Of a stretch of 32,000 nucleotides of DNA, positions 20,643 to 29,559 are shown piece after piece. The stretch comes from Trichodesmium erythraeum IMS101 (GTDB taxonomy: Bacteria > Cyanobacteriota > Cyanobacteriia > Cyanobacteriales > Microcoleaceae): assembly GCF_000014265.1 (NCBI RefSeq), contig NC_008312.1, positions 3,000,001 through 3,032,000 on the forward strand. Reading direction: 5' to 3'. The notes beneath the pieces are model-generated. The model had not been told where the DNA came from. It saw only the letters and a list, made by a program, of their open reading frames with translations, and searched no databases. A program made the translations under genes and the position numbers. The first letter of the stretch is position 1. Each line of letters opens with the position of its first letter.

Positions 20643-21207
20643 TTTTTGTGGTATAGTATTAATATTACTTATCATCAAAACTAAAAAATTTATCTATTTC
20701 AGAATGATAGTAATAGGTTTATACAAACTAGAAATATGCACAGGCAACTAAAAAAATAGAGGTTCAGCAAAAAACGGGGTAAATGCACAATTCAATTCAA
20801 TGTATCTCCTACTTCTCTAAGTAAAAAGTTAGCCCAAATTCTATTACCATTTTCCACAAAAAATATATTGTTTATGGATTGACAATTCGTATTCTTATAG
20901 GTCAGATAAAAAGTAAGTTTTATAGTATAAATAAATTTAAAAAATAAATGGCAATATCTTTTTAGTAATTTATAGCTTATTAGAAGTAATTTAGAGTAGT
21001 TTTTTTATCTTCATGAAAACCTGACATACTCACATCCCAGAATTGCTGAAACTCTGATTATCTCGTTGACTTGCGTTTTTCCCATACTGGGATTGGATTT
21101 GAGGGCTATTATTTTAGTAAAAACTGCTATATTGACTTTTTTATCAAAGGAGTGAGTATATTTGGGGGTCTGAAAGTATTGCTGTGTTGTGTTTTAAAAT
21201 CGTAGAT

Positions 21208-21511
21208 CCCCCCAGCTTCACCTAAAGCGGAATTAATTGGAAATATTCTATCAACTCCCTGAATAGGCTAATTATACTCCGCCCCAGCTTTGCCTGAAGC
21301 GGAATTAATAGAAACGTTAAGCACCTGCCTCCTTTTTGGTTCCCCCCCAGCTTTGCCTGAAGCGGAATTAATGGAAACCTGTCCTCTAAATACGGATCAA
21401 AATAATCACCTTTAACGTTTATCCCCAGTTTCGCCTGAAGCGGAATTAATGGAAACTTACATTCTGTTTCTGCAACGATAACTCCTTCAGACTACCCAGC
21501 TTCCTCTGAAA
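21208..21511 (+). CRISPR. Orphan CRISPR-like mini-array: 4 repeats of 34-35 nt plus one truncated repeat, with spacers of 37, 29, 44 and 37 nt
   Basis: R1 21210-21244, R2 21282-21315, R3 21345-21378, R4 21423-21456 (consensus CCCCAGCTTTGCCTGAAGCGGAATTAATGGAAAC), and R5 21494-21511 (13/18 match, then broken off). The spacers are unrelated to each other. The repeat has a hairpin and a GGAAAC 3' end. No cas gene is in the window. Confidence 0.55.
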
Positions 21512-21672
21512 GAGATATGCCTGTGAAGATTTGGATAGAACTTATAAGTGGTTTCCAAGGTCTCCAAAACTAATATGAAAACATCTGTATTACCCATAAA
21601 AAACCTAAAGTAAAACAATAATTGGAGAATCAGAAATTAAGAAGAGCCAAGGTGAGTATATGAAAATGCGTT
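21511..21672 (+). pseudogene. Decayed inverted copy of the small-ORF module at 20402-20580
   Basis: AGAGATATGCCTGTGAAGATTTGGATAGAACTTATAAGTGGTTTCCAAGGTCTCCAAAAC... aligns with the reverse complement of 20402-20580 (AGGAGATATACCTATGAAGACACCAATAGAAGTTATGAGTGCTTTCCAAAGTCTCCAAAAT...). About three-quarters of positions are identical by eye. ATG is replaced by GTG, there is an in-frame TAA after about 16 codons, and one indel of about 13 nt. Confidence 0.5.
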
Positions 21673-21675
21673 TGC

Positions 21676-22150
21676 AGGCATCAAGCGTTATAGAGCTATT
21701 AGTTAAATTTAACATAGTCATCAAGATAATTTTGAGCACAAATTAATCTTAATCCTAACAGCAACTGGGTTATGGAATTTCTACTTGATAGCAGCATGAG
21801 GACAAACACAAAGGATAATTTTTATCTGACTTGAGGAAACTAGATTTACCTGTGCCAAACCATAGTAACGTATCCCGTAATTTGAGAAAGTTAAATATTG
21901 TGATACCAGTTAGACTAATGATACCAAGTTTTTCCCACCGCAGTATATTCTACAGACAGGCGTTAAAACTTACTCCTGTTCGTAAATAGAAAACCAAAAC
22001 TCATAGATTTTGGTAAACATAGAACATCGCGTAAATTACATCTAGGTGTAAAATGTTGCTAATCATCTATTTAAAATAACTATATTAGAATATTTAGAGC
22101 TCGCTAATGACTTAACCCCTTGGACCCTGCTTAACTGGGTACAGCTTGCA
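21676..22150 (+). mobile_element. IS5-family (IS903-group-like) transposase relic, 5'-truncated and frameshifted
   Basis: Across frames it reads KRY..ELLVKFNIVIKII / ..RQTQ.. / LRKLDLPVPNHSNVSRNLRKLNIVIPV / STD..K...FGKHRTSRKLHLGV. This parallels IS903 Tnp as I recall it (RYSDLAITTVLVIKRVF, LRAAQGF, PDYTSVSKR, IDSTGLKV, RRRIWRKLHLAV). Confidence 0.6.
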
Positions 22151-22194
22151 CCAAGCATATATTCAAACTAGAGAACTTTGAGCTCCTGAAACTG

Positions 22195-22345
22195 CTTACC
22201 CTTGATCAATAAAAAAGTTTGTGTAACCTCAAAAAAAAACAAATTTGGGTCTGGACAGTTGTAAATAGCTAAATGCCAGAAAATCTGAAATTGGTGATAG
22301 GCGATCGCTCCCCTCTTCCAAGAGTGAATTTTTCCATCAAATTTT
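22195..22345 (+). mobile_element. Possible IS1-family-like transposase fragment
   Basis: KKKQIWVWTVVN..(stop)..LKLVIGDRS resembles the DE.W.FV..K....W.W.A.D..T..I....G.R segment of IS1-type transposases. The listed 67-aa ORF at 22168..22371 is antisense to it and is probably spurious. Confidence 0.3.
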
Positions 22346-22842
22346 AGCCTCCAGGGACTTTTATTAGCCATTTGCCAACTATTTTTTTTATGTATTTTAC
22401 TTGCGCCAACTTATCCTGACTTTCAGTATTAATACTTAATTAATCGTGCTCCTTTTCTTACGGTATTTTTGCACTACACTTTAAATTAAAGAATCTGAGT
22501 TTAAACCAAAAAGAAGTCAGACAAAAATAATATTACTAAAATTTGCAACTAAACAATAGAACCAGAATTATGAGCCTTTAAATTTTGCAGAACTTCAAAA
22601 AAAATCCTTAACTGAATCATATTGTGCTATGAATAAGCACTAGAAGCAGCCTAAGTAGGGCTTGCTGATGAAAGATAAAAGCATTGAAATATAGAGATTT
22701 TAGCATTGCTGGATTCCCAACAAACATCTATTTTTGGCGCTCTAGAGCTTTAAAAAATAATATTTTGGGGAGATCACTGAAAAAGGCCACAAGGAAAAAA
22801 TACATTCAACTACCTCTTCTATAAATTCCCTGTTTTTCTATA

Positions 22843-22862
22843 GGACGTTGCATGCAACGTCC
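22843..22862. repeat. Perfect 20-nt palindrome GGACGTTGCATGCAACGTCC (cyanobacterial small palindromic repeat type)
   Basis: Read directly. It is followed by ACCTCCCTATTC (22869-22880), which recurs at 10406-10417 next to a degenerate palindrome of the same style (GTAGAGAGATTGTATGTAACCTCCCTA). Confidence 0.8.
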
Positions 22863-22977
22863 CTACCCACCTCCCTATTCTCCTACTCCTGAAAAAGATA
22901 AAGAAGATCAAACCCTAAATATTTGTAGCAAGAATTTATCAAGTTGCTACAACTCAAATATAACCTCTATAATCTAT

Positions 22978-23014
22978 TCAATAAATAAATAAATAAACAA
23001 ATAAATCAATAAAT
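22978..23014. repeat. Imperfect (AAAT)n microsatellite just downstream of ftrV
   Basis: CAATAAATAAATAAATAAACAAATAAATCAATAAATG, read directly. Confidence 0.8.
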
Positions 23015-23055
23015 GGGGACAGCCCTACATAAACCCCATTAGTATTCACCTCAAC

Positions 23056-23277
23056 TTATGAGATTATTTCTAACTCCTCCTCCTTAAGATGAACTTTAAA
23101 TTTTGTAAATTTGACAAGAATTGGTAAATTCGCACTAACTGGTCTACCTTTCCATTCATTGATAATATTAATCACTTCTCCTTCGTGATCTTTAATATCA
23201 AATGGTTGTCCTTTATGTTCAGGATGAATGTAAACAACAACAGAACTATTAACGCGAACACGATCGCCTAATTTCAT
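23056..23277 (-). CDS. ftrV: Ferredoxin-thioredoxin reductase variable chain
   Basis: 73 aa, MKLGDRVRVNSSVVVYIHPEHKGQPFDIKDHEGEV...WKGRPVSANLPILVKF. This closely matches my memory of cyanobacterial FtrV (VGDRVRV..SV.VYHHPEH......L.G.EGEV....W.GRPISANLPVLVKF). Confidence 0.85.
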   Translation of the reverse strand: MKLGDRVRVNSSVVVYIHPEHKGQPFDIKDHEGEVINIINEWKGRPVSANLPILVKFTKFKVHLKEEELEIIS

Positions 23278-23399
23278 ATAAAACCTTCTACTATTCTCTC
23301 TGATAAATTTTTATGCAACTCCAAGAAGAAATTACAAGCTTATTTAACAATTTTCTTATTTTTGCATAAAACTTACTGTTAAAAACCCTCAAATAAGGA

Positions 23400-25337
23400 T
23401 TAAGAACTAGGAGAAATTCTAGTTTCTGAAGGCTCAGGTCTCATAGGACTCTCCCAAGGTGCAGGACTATCCCTAGGAGTTGACTGAAAATTTTCCCAAT
23501 TGCGCCATACCGATATAATTGCCCCCACCAACAAGATAAATAAGACACCCATCATACACATCCAGGGTTTTAACCAGAAAAAATTTTGGACAGGTTCCAA
23601 CTGAAATTCAGACTCAGCTTCTGATACTTCTTCATCATTATTGTAAAGAAGCTCTTTAGAAGCCTCAGACAATTCTGTCATTAAAATTTCCTTTTCTGGA
23701 GTTGTTACTGTAGGAATATTAGATAAGATTAACTTCTCTGGAGAAAGACGATAGTGGACAAGCACCACCGAAGTATTATCATGACCATTTTTATGATTCG
23801 CCAGCTCAATTAAAGACTCTACCCCCTGTTTTAGAGAAATTTCACCCTGGAAAACTTTAGAAGCATATTCAGCCCAAGAATTCTCAACCCAATTATTATC
23901 ACTCAGGCCATCGGAACATAAAAGTAATATCCCCTCTTGTTCGATCAAAAATCTTTGAATAGTAGGATAAATAAACTCCCCATCTCTTGTACCCAAAGCC
24001 TGAGTCAAGGCACCACCATCACGACGTTTTAAACCCTGCCAATACAAACAATGACCCAAACCAACTTCTCTAGAAGCAACATTATCATCCACAGTCAACA
24101 ACTGACAAGTATTTCTACTTAACCAATAAGCACGACTATCTCCCACATGAACTATATATAACTCATGGGCATTATTTGGACTAGATTCTGGGGAAGGTTT
24201 CACCTGTTGGGGTAACTGTAATGCCATGGCTAGTGTTGTACCCATGCGCTGTCGAGACTCTCTTCCTTGTTCATCATTCTCCGTAGCAATCATATTATTG
24301 ACTACCCGAATAATTTCCTCTAGTTGTTTATTGACTAAGTTTGGGGATGTTAACTCCTCTTGTTGCTCTACCTCTATTAATAAATTTTGAACTAATTTTT
24401 TTATTGATTGTACTGCAAGTTGACTAGCTACCTCTCCGCCATCATGGCCACCCACTCCATCACAAATTATTGCTAAATTGGGCACTAGTTGATTACTATT
24501 TAAGTCCTCTTCTGTAGGATAACAACAGTCTTCATTATGCATACGCACGGGACCTGTATCCGTCGCCCCCATGATATCGGATTTTAATGGTAATTTGGCT
24601 GCCTGTTCTAATAGTAGTTGGTTTAATTTCGGAGCGATCGCCTCTAAAGATTCCCCAATATCACTAATCATATGACAAATCTCTGTCAATGGTTGTTGAA
24701 CGTTAGGATGAGCTGTCGGAAGCAAATTTGACCAAAAAATCTTAAAATCTCTAAGTTTAGTTTTACGGGTTTCTAGGTTTAACTCTAACAATCGTAATCG
24801 CCAATCTTCCACCCGTAAATTATTGGTCAATAAACTAAAAGCTACACGCTCTTCTGATAGAGGTTTCCATAATTGCATCATTTGCCACAACCAGTAGACC
24901 TGACGTACAGGACTTGCTGTGGGCCAAGCTTCTACAAGACTAGGAAGCAAATTACCTTTAGAGTCCAGAGGAACATTATCTAATAATAGAATATCTGTAG
25001 GATATGTTTCTTCTCCATACTGATAAAAACCATATACATCTGGTGTATGAAGCCTCTCAGGATATAAGCGTAGATAAGGCATAATATAATCTGGAAATTC
25101 CTCGTGCATAAATGGAGGTTCACCAGGCTTCGTATCTAGCCAAACTTGTGGAGCTACAACATAGTAGCGATCGCCCAATAACTCCCCTACAGAAATCTCG
25201 ACTTTTGGAGCAACTGCCCATAAATAGCGATAGATTAATTTAGTTTGGCAAGCTTCACACTCTTCCTGATCCCAAGAGTGAGAAACACTAGAACAATTAA
25301 TATTTGGACAATGAATTATTGGCGCAGAATTAATCAT
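23400..25337 (-). CDS. PP2C-family (PPM) serine/threonine phosphatase with an N-terminal Cys-rich region and a C-terminal transmembrane segment
   Basis: ICDGVGGHDGGEVAS, GTTLAMAL, HVGDSRAYW, LLCSDGLSD and DNTSVVLV are PPM motifs. The N-terminus has CPNINC...CEAC (zinc-ribbon-like). A hydrophobic helix (WMCMMGVLFILLVGAIISV) lies near the C-terminus. Confidence 0.9.
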   Translation of the reverse strand: MINSAPIIHCPNINCSSVSHSWDQEECEACQTKLIYRYLWAVAPKVEISVGELLGDRYYVVAPQVWLDTKPGEPPFMHEEFPDYIMPYLRLYPERLHTPDVYGFYQYGEETYPTDILLLDNVPLDSKGNLLPSLVEAWPTASPVRQVYWLWQMMQLWKPLSEERVAFSLLTNNLRVEDWRLRLLELNLETRKTKLRDFKIFWSNLLPTAHPNVQQPLTEICHMISDIGESLEAIAPKLNQLLLEQAAKLPLKSDIMGATDTGPVRMHNEDCCYPTEEDLNSNQLVPNLAIICDGVGGHDGGEVASQLAVQSIKKLVQNLLIEVEQQEELTSPNLVNKQLEEIIRVVNNMIATENDEQGRESRQRMGTTLAMALQLPQQVKPSPESSPNNAHELYIVHVGDSRAYWLSRNTCQLLTVDDNVASREVGLGHCLYWQGLKRRDGGALTQALGTRDGEFIYPTIQRFLIEQEGILLLCSDGLSDNNWVENSWAEYASKVFQGEISLKQGVESLIELANHKNGHDNTSVVLVHYRLSPEKLILSNIPTVTTPEKEILMTELSEASKELLYNNDEEVSEAESEFQLEPVQNFFWLKPWMCMMGVLFILLVGAIISVWRNWENFQSTPRDSPAPWESPMRPEPSETRISPSS

Positions 25338-25996
25338 AGTTGGGAATTAAGTCAAAAATCAAAAGTAATACAATTTACTCTTTATGAAGTCAAAAGTTTT
25401 ACTATTTAAAAATTAATTTGATAATTTTCGTGTTGGTATTGTTTTTTTGCTTTTAATAAATAAATTACTTAGGAGGTTTTCAGAGGACTTTTTTAAGGTC
25501 AAAGCGCAAAGATATATTAAAATAGAACTTGCCTTGATCAATCTTACCGAAAAATTATTGGGTTTGAAGCCTTACCCCTATAGGCTAACTTTTATTTGTT
25601 TTGGTTTTATAAATATACTATTATACTATTTATTAGTAGCATTTAAGGTTTTTGAGGCACAAAATAAATGGGTTTAAAGCCAGTATTCAGACTAAAAAAA
25701 AATACTAGGGTTCCCTATATGCTGAAAAAGTTGATGCTCCTAAGCCACTTAAGAAACAAATGAATCTGCACAAGTTGTCCACAAAAATAATTAGTGAAAA
25801 CCAAACAGTTATTAATGCCTCCATACCGGAATGTTCGACTTTGAGCAGCTATGGGTGAAAATCCCTGTTAACTTTTGTACTAGATGTTTTAGACAGGGTT
25901 GAAATCTCCTGTTTAGCCTAAAAAAAAATGCTTTTGCTAATTTTGTTAAATACTAACCGCTGATAACTTCTTTAATCTCACTGATCCTATTTATCC

Positions 25997-26461
25997 GTGC
26001 TATTAAATCCAACTATATTTTGGTTACTAGCTGGGGCAACACTTTGTTTTTTAGAATTCTTTGTGCCCACGGCTTTTGTTGAATTTATGATGGGACTGAG
26101 TGCCTTTGTTGTGGCACTTGTGTCCCTCTTAATTCCTAGTGTGAGTTTACAGGTAGCCTTGTGGATGATTTTTTCTGTAGCTTCTATTTTTGCTTTCCGT
26201 TATCTGTTGCCCCACCGTAAAATAGCTATTATTGCTGATTCCAAGGAAGGAGAAACTTTAACAGAAATATTACCAGGTCAGCCTGGTAGAGTACTCTATG
26301 AAGGTAATTCTTGGCGAGCTAAATGTGACGATCAAGATATTATGATTCCTGCTCAAGAAAAAGTTATTGTCCTTAGACGAGAAGGTAATACTTTATTTAT
26401 ATTGCCAGAAAATTTATTAAATTCTTCAGTTTATCTTCCCAACCAAAATCAATTGAAATAA
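25997..26461 (+). CDS. NfeD-family membrane protein
   Basis: 154 aa with three N-terminal hydrophobic helices and a C-terminal OB-like GRVLYEGNSWRAKCD....V.VLRREGNTLFI segment. It lies directly upstream of an SPFH gene, the classical NfeD-SPFH pairing. GTG start. Confidence 0.8.
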   Translation: MLLNPTIFWLLAGATLCFLEFFVPTAFVEFMMGLSAFVVALVSLLIPSVSLQVALWMIFSVASIFAFRYLLPHRKIAIIADSKEGETLTEILPGQPGRVLYEGNSWRAKCDDQDIMIPAQEKVIVLRREGNTLFILPENLLNSSVYLPNQNQLK

Positions 26462-26641
26462 CAGCTAATACAAATCCTTAAAAATTTTGCTATACTTAAT
26501 ATTTTCGATCTCTAAATACTATTTATTGAGGTAATTTTATTCTTAACTCACCTCTATGATATTTGTAGTAGTTTTTAGGAAAATCCAAGTGTAGCATTAA
26601 TTTAGATAAATCTTATAATTTAGATAATTAGGAGATGAAAA

Positions 26642-27607
26642 ATGCAACAGTTTTTTTTACTTGTATTTTTAGTTTTAGGTGGTTCAAGTTTAGCAGGAAG
26701 TGTCAAAGTTATTAATCAAGGCAATGAAGCTTTGGTTGAAACTTTAGGTAGATATAACGGCAGAAAATTAGATGCTGGTTTGAAACTTATTATACCATTT
26801 TTAGATAAAATTTCTTATCAAGAAACTATTCGTGAAAAAGTATTAGATATTAAACCTCAACCATGTATTACTAGAGATAATGTAGCAATTAGTGTAGATG
26901 CTGTAGTTTATTGGCGAATTATGGATATGGAGAAAGCTTACTATAAAGTAGAAAATCTCCAATCTGCAATGACTAATTTAGTTTTAACTCAAATTCGGGC
27001 AGAAATGGGTAAATTAGAATTAGACCAAACTTTTACAGCTCGCACGGAAATTAATGAGGTATTACTCAGAGAATTAGACATTGCTACTGACCCTTGGGGA
27101 GTAAAAGTAACTAGGGTAGAGTTACGAGATATTAGCCCATCAAAAGCAGTACAAGATTCTATGGAATTACAAATGACTGCAGAACGAAAAAAACGGGCAG
27201 CAATTTTAACTTCAGAAGGGGAAAGAGATTCTGCTATTAACTCTGCCAGAGGTAGAGCAGAATCACAAGTTCTTGATGCTCAAGCACGTCAAAAGGCAAC
27301 TGTTTTAGAAGCAGAAGCACAACAAAAAGCAATTGTCTTGAAGGCTCAAGCTGAACGTCAATCTCAGGTATTGAAAGCTCAAGCAACTGCTGAAGCATTA
27401 GAAATTATTACTAAGACTCTCCGTAAAGACCCCAATGCAAAGGAGGCACTCGAATTTTTATTGGCTCAAAATTATCTGGATATGGGTCAAAAAATTGGTA
27501 CTAGTGAAAGTAGTAAAGTTATGTTTATGGACCCTCGAAATATTCCAGCAACTTTAGAAGGTATGCGTTCTATTGTGACAGACAACAAAAATTCAGTGAG
27601 CATTTAG
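26642..27607 (+). CDS. SPFH / band-7 (stomatin-prohibitin-like) protein
   Basis: 321 aa with an N-terminal anchor, the SPFH core ([30 protein letters not shown]) and a coiled-coil tail ([17 protein letters not shown]). An AGGAG Shine-Dalgarno lies upstream. Confidence 0.9.
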   Translation: MQQFFLLVFLVLGGSSLAGSVKVINQGNEALVETLGRYNGRKLDAGLKLIIPFLDKISYQETIREKVLDIKPQPCITRDNVAISVDAVVYWRIMDMEKAYYKVENLQSAMTNLVLTQIRAEMGKLELDQTFTARTEINEVLLRELDIATDPWGVKVTRVELRDISPSKAVQDSMELQMTAERKKRAAILTSEGERDSAINSARGRAESQVLDAQARQKATVLEAEAQQKAIVLKAQAERQSQVLKAQATAEALEIITKTLRKDPNAKEALEFLLAQNYLDMGQKIGTSESSKVMFMDPRNIPATLEGMRSIVTDNKNSVSI

Positions 27608-27868
27608 AAGAATGGTAGTTTAGCAAAAAATTTGGTTTAAAGTCTTTCTCATAAGCAGACAATTTATTAGTTGTTTTTTTTGAATAAATATGTTAATATA
27701 AACTCTAGTTTCAGTTAGTTGTTTGTGAGTATTCTAGGATAAAAACAGAAATGCACTTCAAGGGGTTTGACTAGGGCCAACCTTTGGAGTAGACTAAGAT
27801 AAAGGTCAATCCGTATTTTATTAGCTTTAGATTGTAAGACTACCCCAAACTAATAGCTGGGGAGAATG

Positions 27869-28264
27869 TTAAGAAATATCTTCAGTTAAGGTACAGCGTT
27901 CACAAAGCCCAAAAAATTCCAAAGTATGGTAAAAAATCTTAAATTTGTAGGACTGCTGTAATTTATCCTCCAAATTGTAGACAGGACATTTATTAATAGG
28001 TATAGAAGTCCCACATTTAACACAATTCAAATAATATTGGTCTTGCTGTAGACAACTATAAACAGATTCACCATTGACCAAAGTCCGAACAATTACTACA
28101 CCCTCTTTTTTGAGAGCATCCAAAGAACGATATATTGTTGCTAGCCCCAGAGGTCTGTCATATCTGCGTAGTTTTAAATAAATATCTTGAGCAGATAGCG
28201 ATCGCTTCTGGTTTTTTAGTAATTTTAAAATACGTTCTTGAGAATGGGTGCGCTTGGTTTTCAT
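27869..28264 (-). CDS. Fur-family metalloregulator, FurB/Zur-like
   Basis: It has a winged-helix N-domain (SQERILKLLK...LSAQDIY..L......LGLATIYRSLDALKKEGVV) and two CxxC pairs (CVKC, CERC). It resembles my memory of cyanobacterial FurB/Zur. The track ORF starts at TTG 28270. I prefer ATG 28264 (MKTKRTHSQ). Confidence 0.8.
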   Translation of the reverse strand: MKTKRTHSQERILKLLKNQKRSLSAQDIYLKLRRYDRPLGLATIYRSLDALKKEGVVIVRTLVNGESVYSCLQQDQYYLNCVKCGTSIPINKCPVYNLEDKLQQSYKFKIFYHTLEFFGLCERCTLTEDIS

Positions 28265-28295
28265 GGCCAATATAGTTAATTTAGGTTAAACTTAA

Positions 28296-28308
28296 CAGAT
28301 AATATCTG
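28296..28308. promoter_or_regulatory. 6-1-6 palindrome CAGATA-A-TATCTG in the divergent zur-like/purS intergenic region (candidate Fur-family operator)
   Basis: Perfect 13-nt odd-centred palindrome, 32 nt from the regulator ATG and 40 nt from the purS GTG. Its AT-rich inverted-repeat architecture resembles 7-1-7 Fur-family boxes. Confidence 0.3.
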
Positions 28309-28347
28309 AGTGAGTAGTTCAATTAAAATCTAAAACTTTGTACTAAA

Positions 28348-28611
28348 GTGATCAAAAAATATCAGGTATATATTTATGTTACCCTAAGACCATCTGTTTT
28401 AGACCCTGCTGGTACCGCAGTTAAATCTGGTTTAGCACAGATGGGACATAAAAATTTAGAACAAATTAGAATTGGTAAATATATTGAGTTGAAACTTAAT
28501 GCAACAGATGAAGAAACTGCTAGAGAACAAGTAGAATTAATTTGTGATCAATTATTAGCAAATCCTGTCATTGAAAATTATCGCTTTGAATTAAATGAAG
28601 TAAAAATATAA
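28348..28611 (+). CDS. purS: Phosphoribosylformylglycinamidine synthase subunit PurS
   Basis: 87 aa, YIYVTLRPSVLDPAGTAVKSGLAQMGH.....IRIGKYIEL...A.DEETAREQVELICDQLLANPVIENYRFEL, the typical PurS sequence. GTG start. Confidence 0.9.
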   Translation: MIKKYQVYIYVTLRPSVLDPAGTAVKSGLAQMGHKNLEQIRIGKYIELKLNATDEETAREQVELICDQLLANPVIENYRFELNEVKI

Positions 28612-28863
28612 GAAGGAAGAAGGAAGAAGTGAGAAAATATTTAATTTAGGATTTTGTTTCTCAGACTAATCTTCCTCTTAATATTGCTAGAAGATATGGG
28701 AAAACCTATAAGGAAGACTCTTATGGTAATTGCCATCAATATTGCCTTTAATACCGGCTTGTGTGAAACTTTTACCATAAAATAATTAAACAGTAGATGG
28801 TTTAAAAAAACAGACAAAGCCTTCTACATTAGGGTCGGAAGAATGACTTAATTGAAAATTAAT

Positions 28864-29559
28864 ATGAAATTTGGCATTATTATTTTTCCTGGTTCAAATT
28901 GCGATCGGGATGTAGCTTGGGTAACTCAGGGGTTATTGGGTCAACCAACTCGCATGGTTTGGCACCAAGAAGAAGATATTTCTGATCTGGATGTAATAGT
29001 TATCCCTGGAGGCTTCAGTTATGGAGATTATTTAAGATGTGGAGCAATTGCCCGTTTTTCTCCAGTAATGAAAGCAACTATTACCCACGCTCAAAAGGGG
29101 AAATTAGTTTTAGGAATATGTAATGGTTTCCAGATATTGACAGAAATAGGGTTATTGCCTGGAGTCTTGGTGCGAAATCATAAATTAAATTTTATTTGCA
29201 ATCAAACTTATATCAGAGTAGAAAATTCTAATACTCCTTGGACATCTGCTTATAGAACAAAAGAAATAATTAGTTTGCCAATAGCTCATGGGGAAGGTTG
29301 TTATTATGTTGATGTAGATACTTTGCAAGAATTAGAAAATAATCGTCAAATCTTGTTTCGTTACTGCACAAAAAATGGTGGAATTAGCCCAGAAGCTAAT
29401 CCTAATGGTTCTTTAAACAATATTGCTGGTATCTGCAACCGTCAAGGTAATGTGTTGGCAATGATGCCTCATCCGGAAAGAGCATCAGACCCAATTTTAG
29501 GTAATACAGATGGCATGAAATTGTTTAAAGGGTTATTAATGGATGTAGTTAGAATATAA
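28864..29559 (+). CDS. purQ: Phosphoribosylformylglycinamidine synthase I (glutamine amidotransferase subunit PurQ)
   Basis: [16 protein letters not shown], the [10 protein letters not shown] and GICNGFQ (nucleophile Cys) motifs, and MPHPERA (catalytic His/Glu). The track ORF starts at TTG 28852. I prefer ATG 28864. Confidence 0.9.
   Translation: MKFGIIIFPGSNCDRDVAWVTQGLLGQPTRMVWHQEEDISDLDVIVIPGGFSYGDYLRCGAIARFSPVMKATITHAQKGKLVLGICNGFQILTEIGLLPGVLVRNHKLNFICNQTYIRVENSNTPWTSAYRTKEIISLPIAHGEGCYYVDVDTLQELENNRQILFRYCTKNGGISPEANPNGSLNNIAGICNRQGNVLAMMPHPERASDPILGNTDGMKLFKGLLMDVVRI

Noticed and set aside
21132-21162. Candidate array promoter: TTGACT (21132-21137) and TATATT (21157-21162)
   Set aside because: The spacer is 19 nt, longer than optimal, and such hexamers arise easily in AT-rich DNA. 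It is noted as a possibility only.
21160-21200. A possible extra degenerate repeat (R0) upstream of R1, because of ..GGGGGTCTGAAAGTATT..
   Set aside because: Only the CTGAA core matches the consensus, and the flanking 5' and 3' parts do not align.
22168-22371. 67-aa minus-strand ORF
   Set aside because: It lies antisense to an IS1-like transposase fragment whose plus-strand reading (KKKQIWVWTVVN...VIGDRS) is more meaningful. It has no SD.
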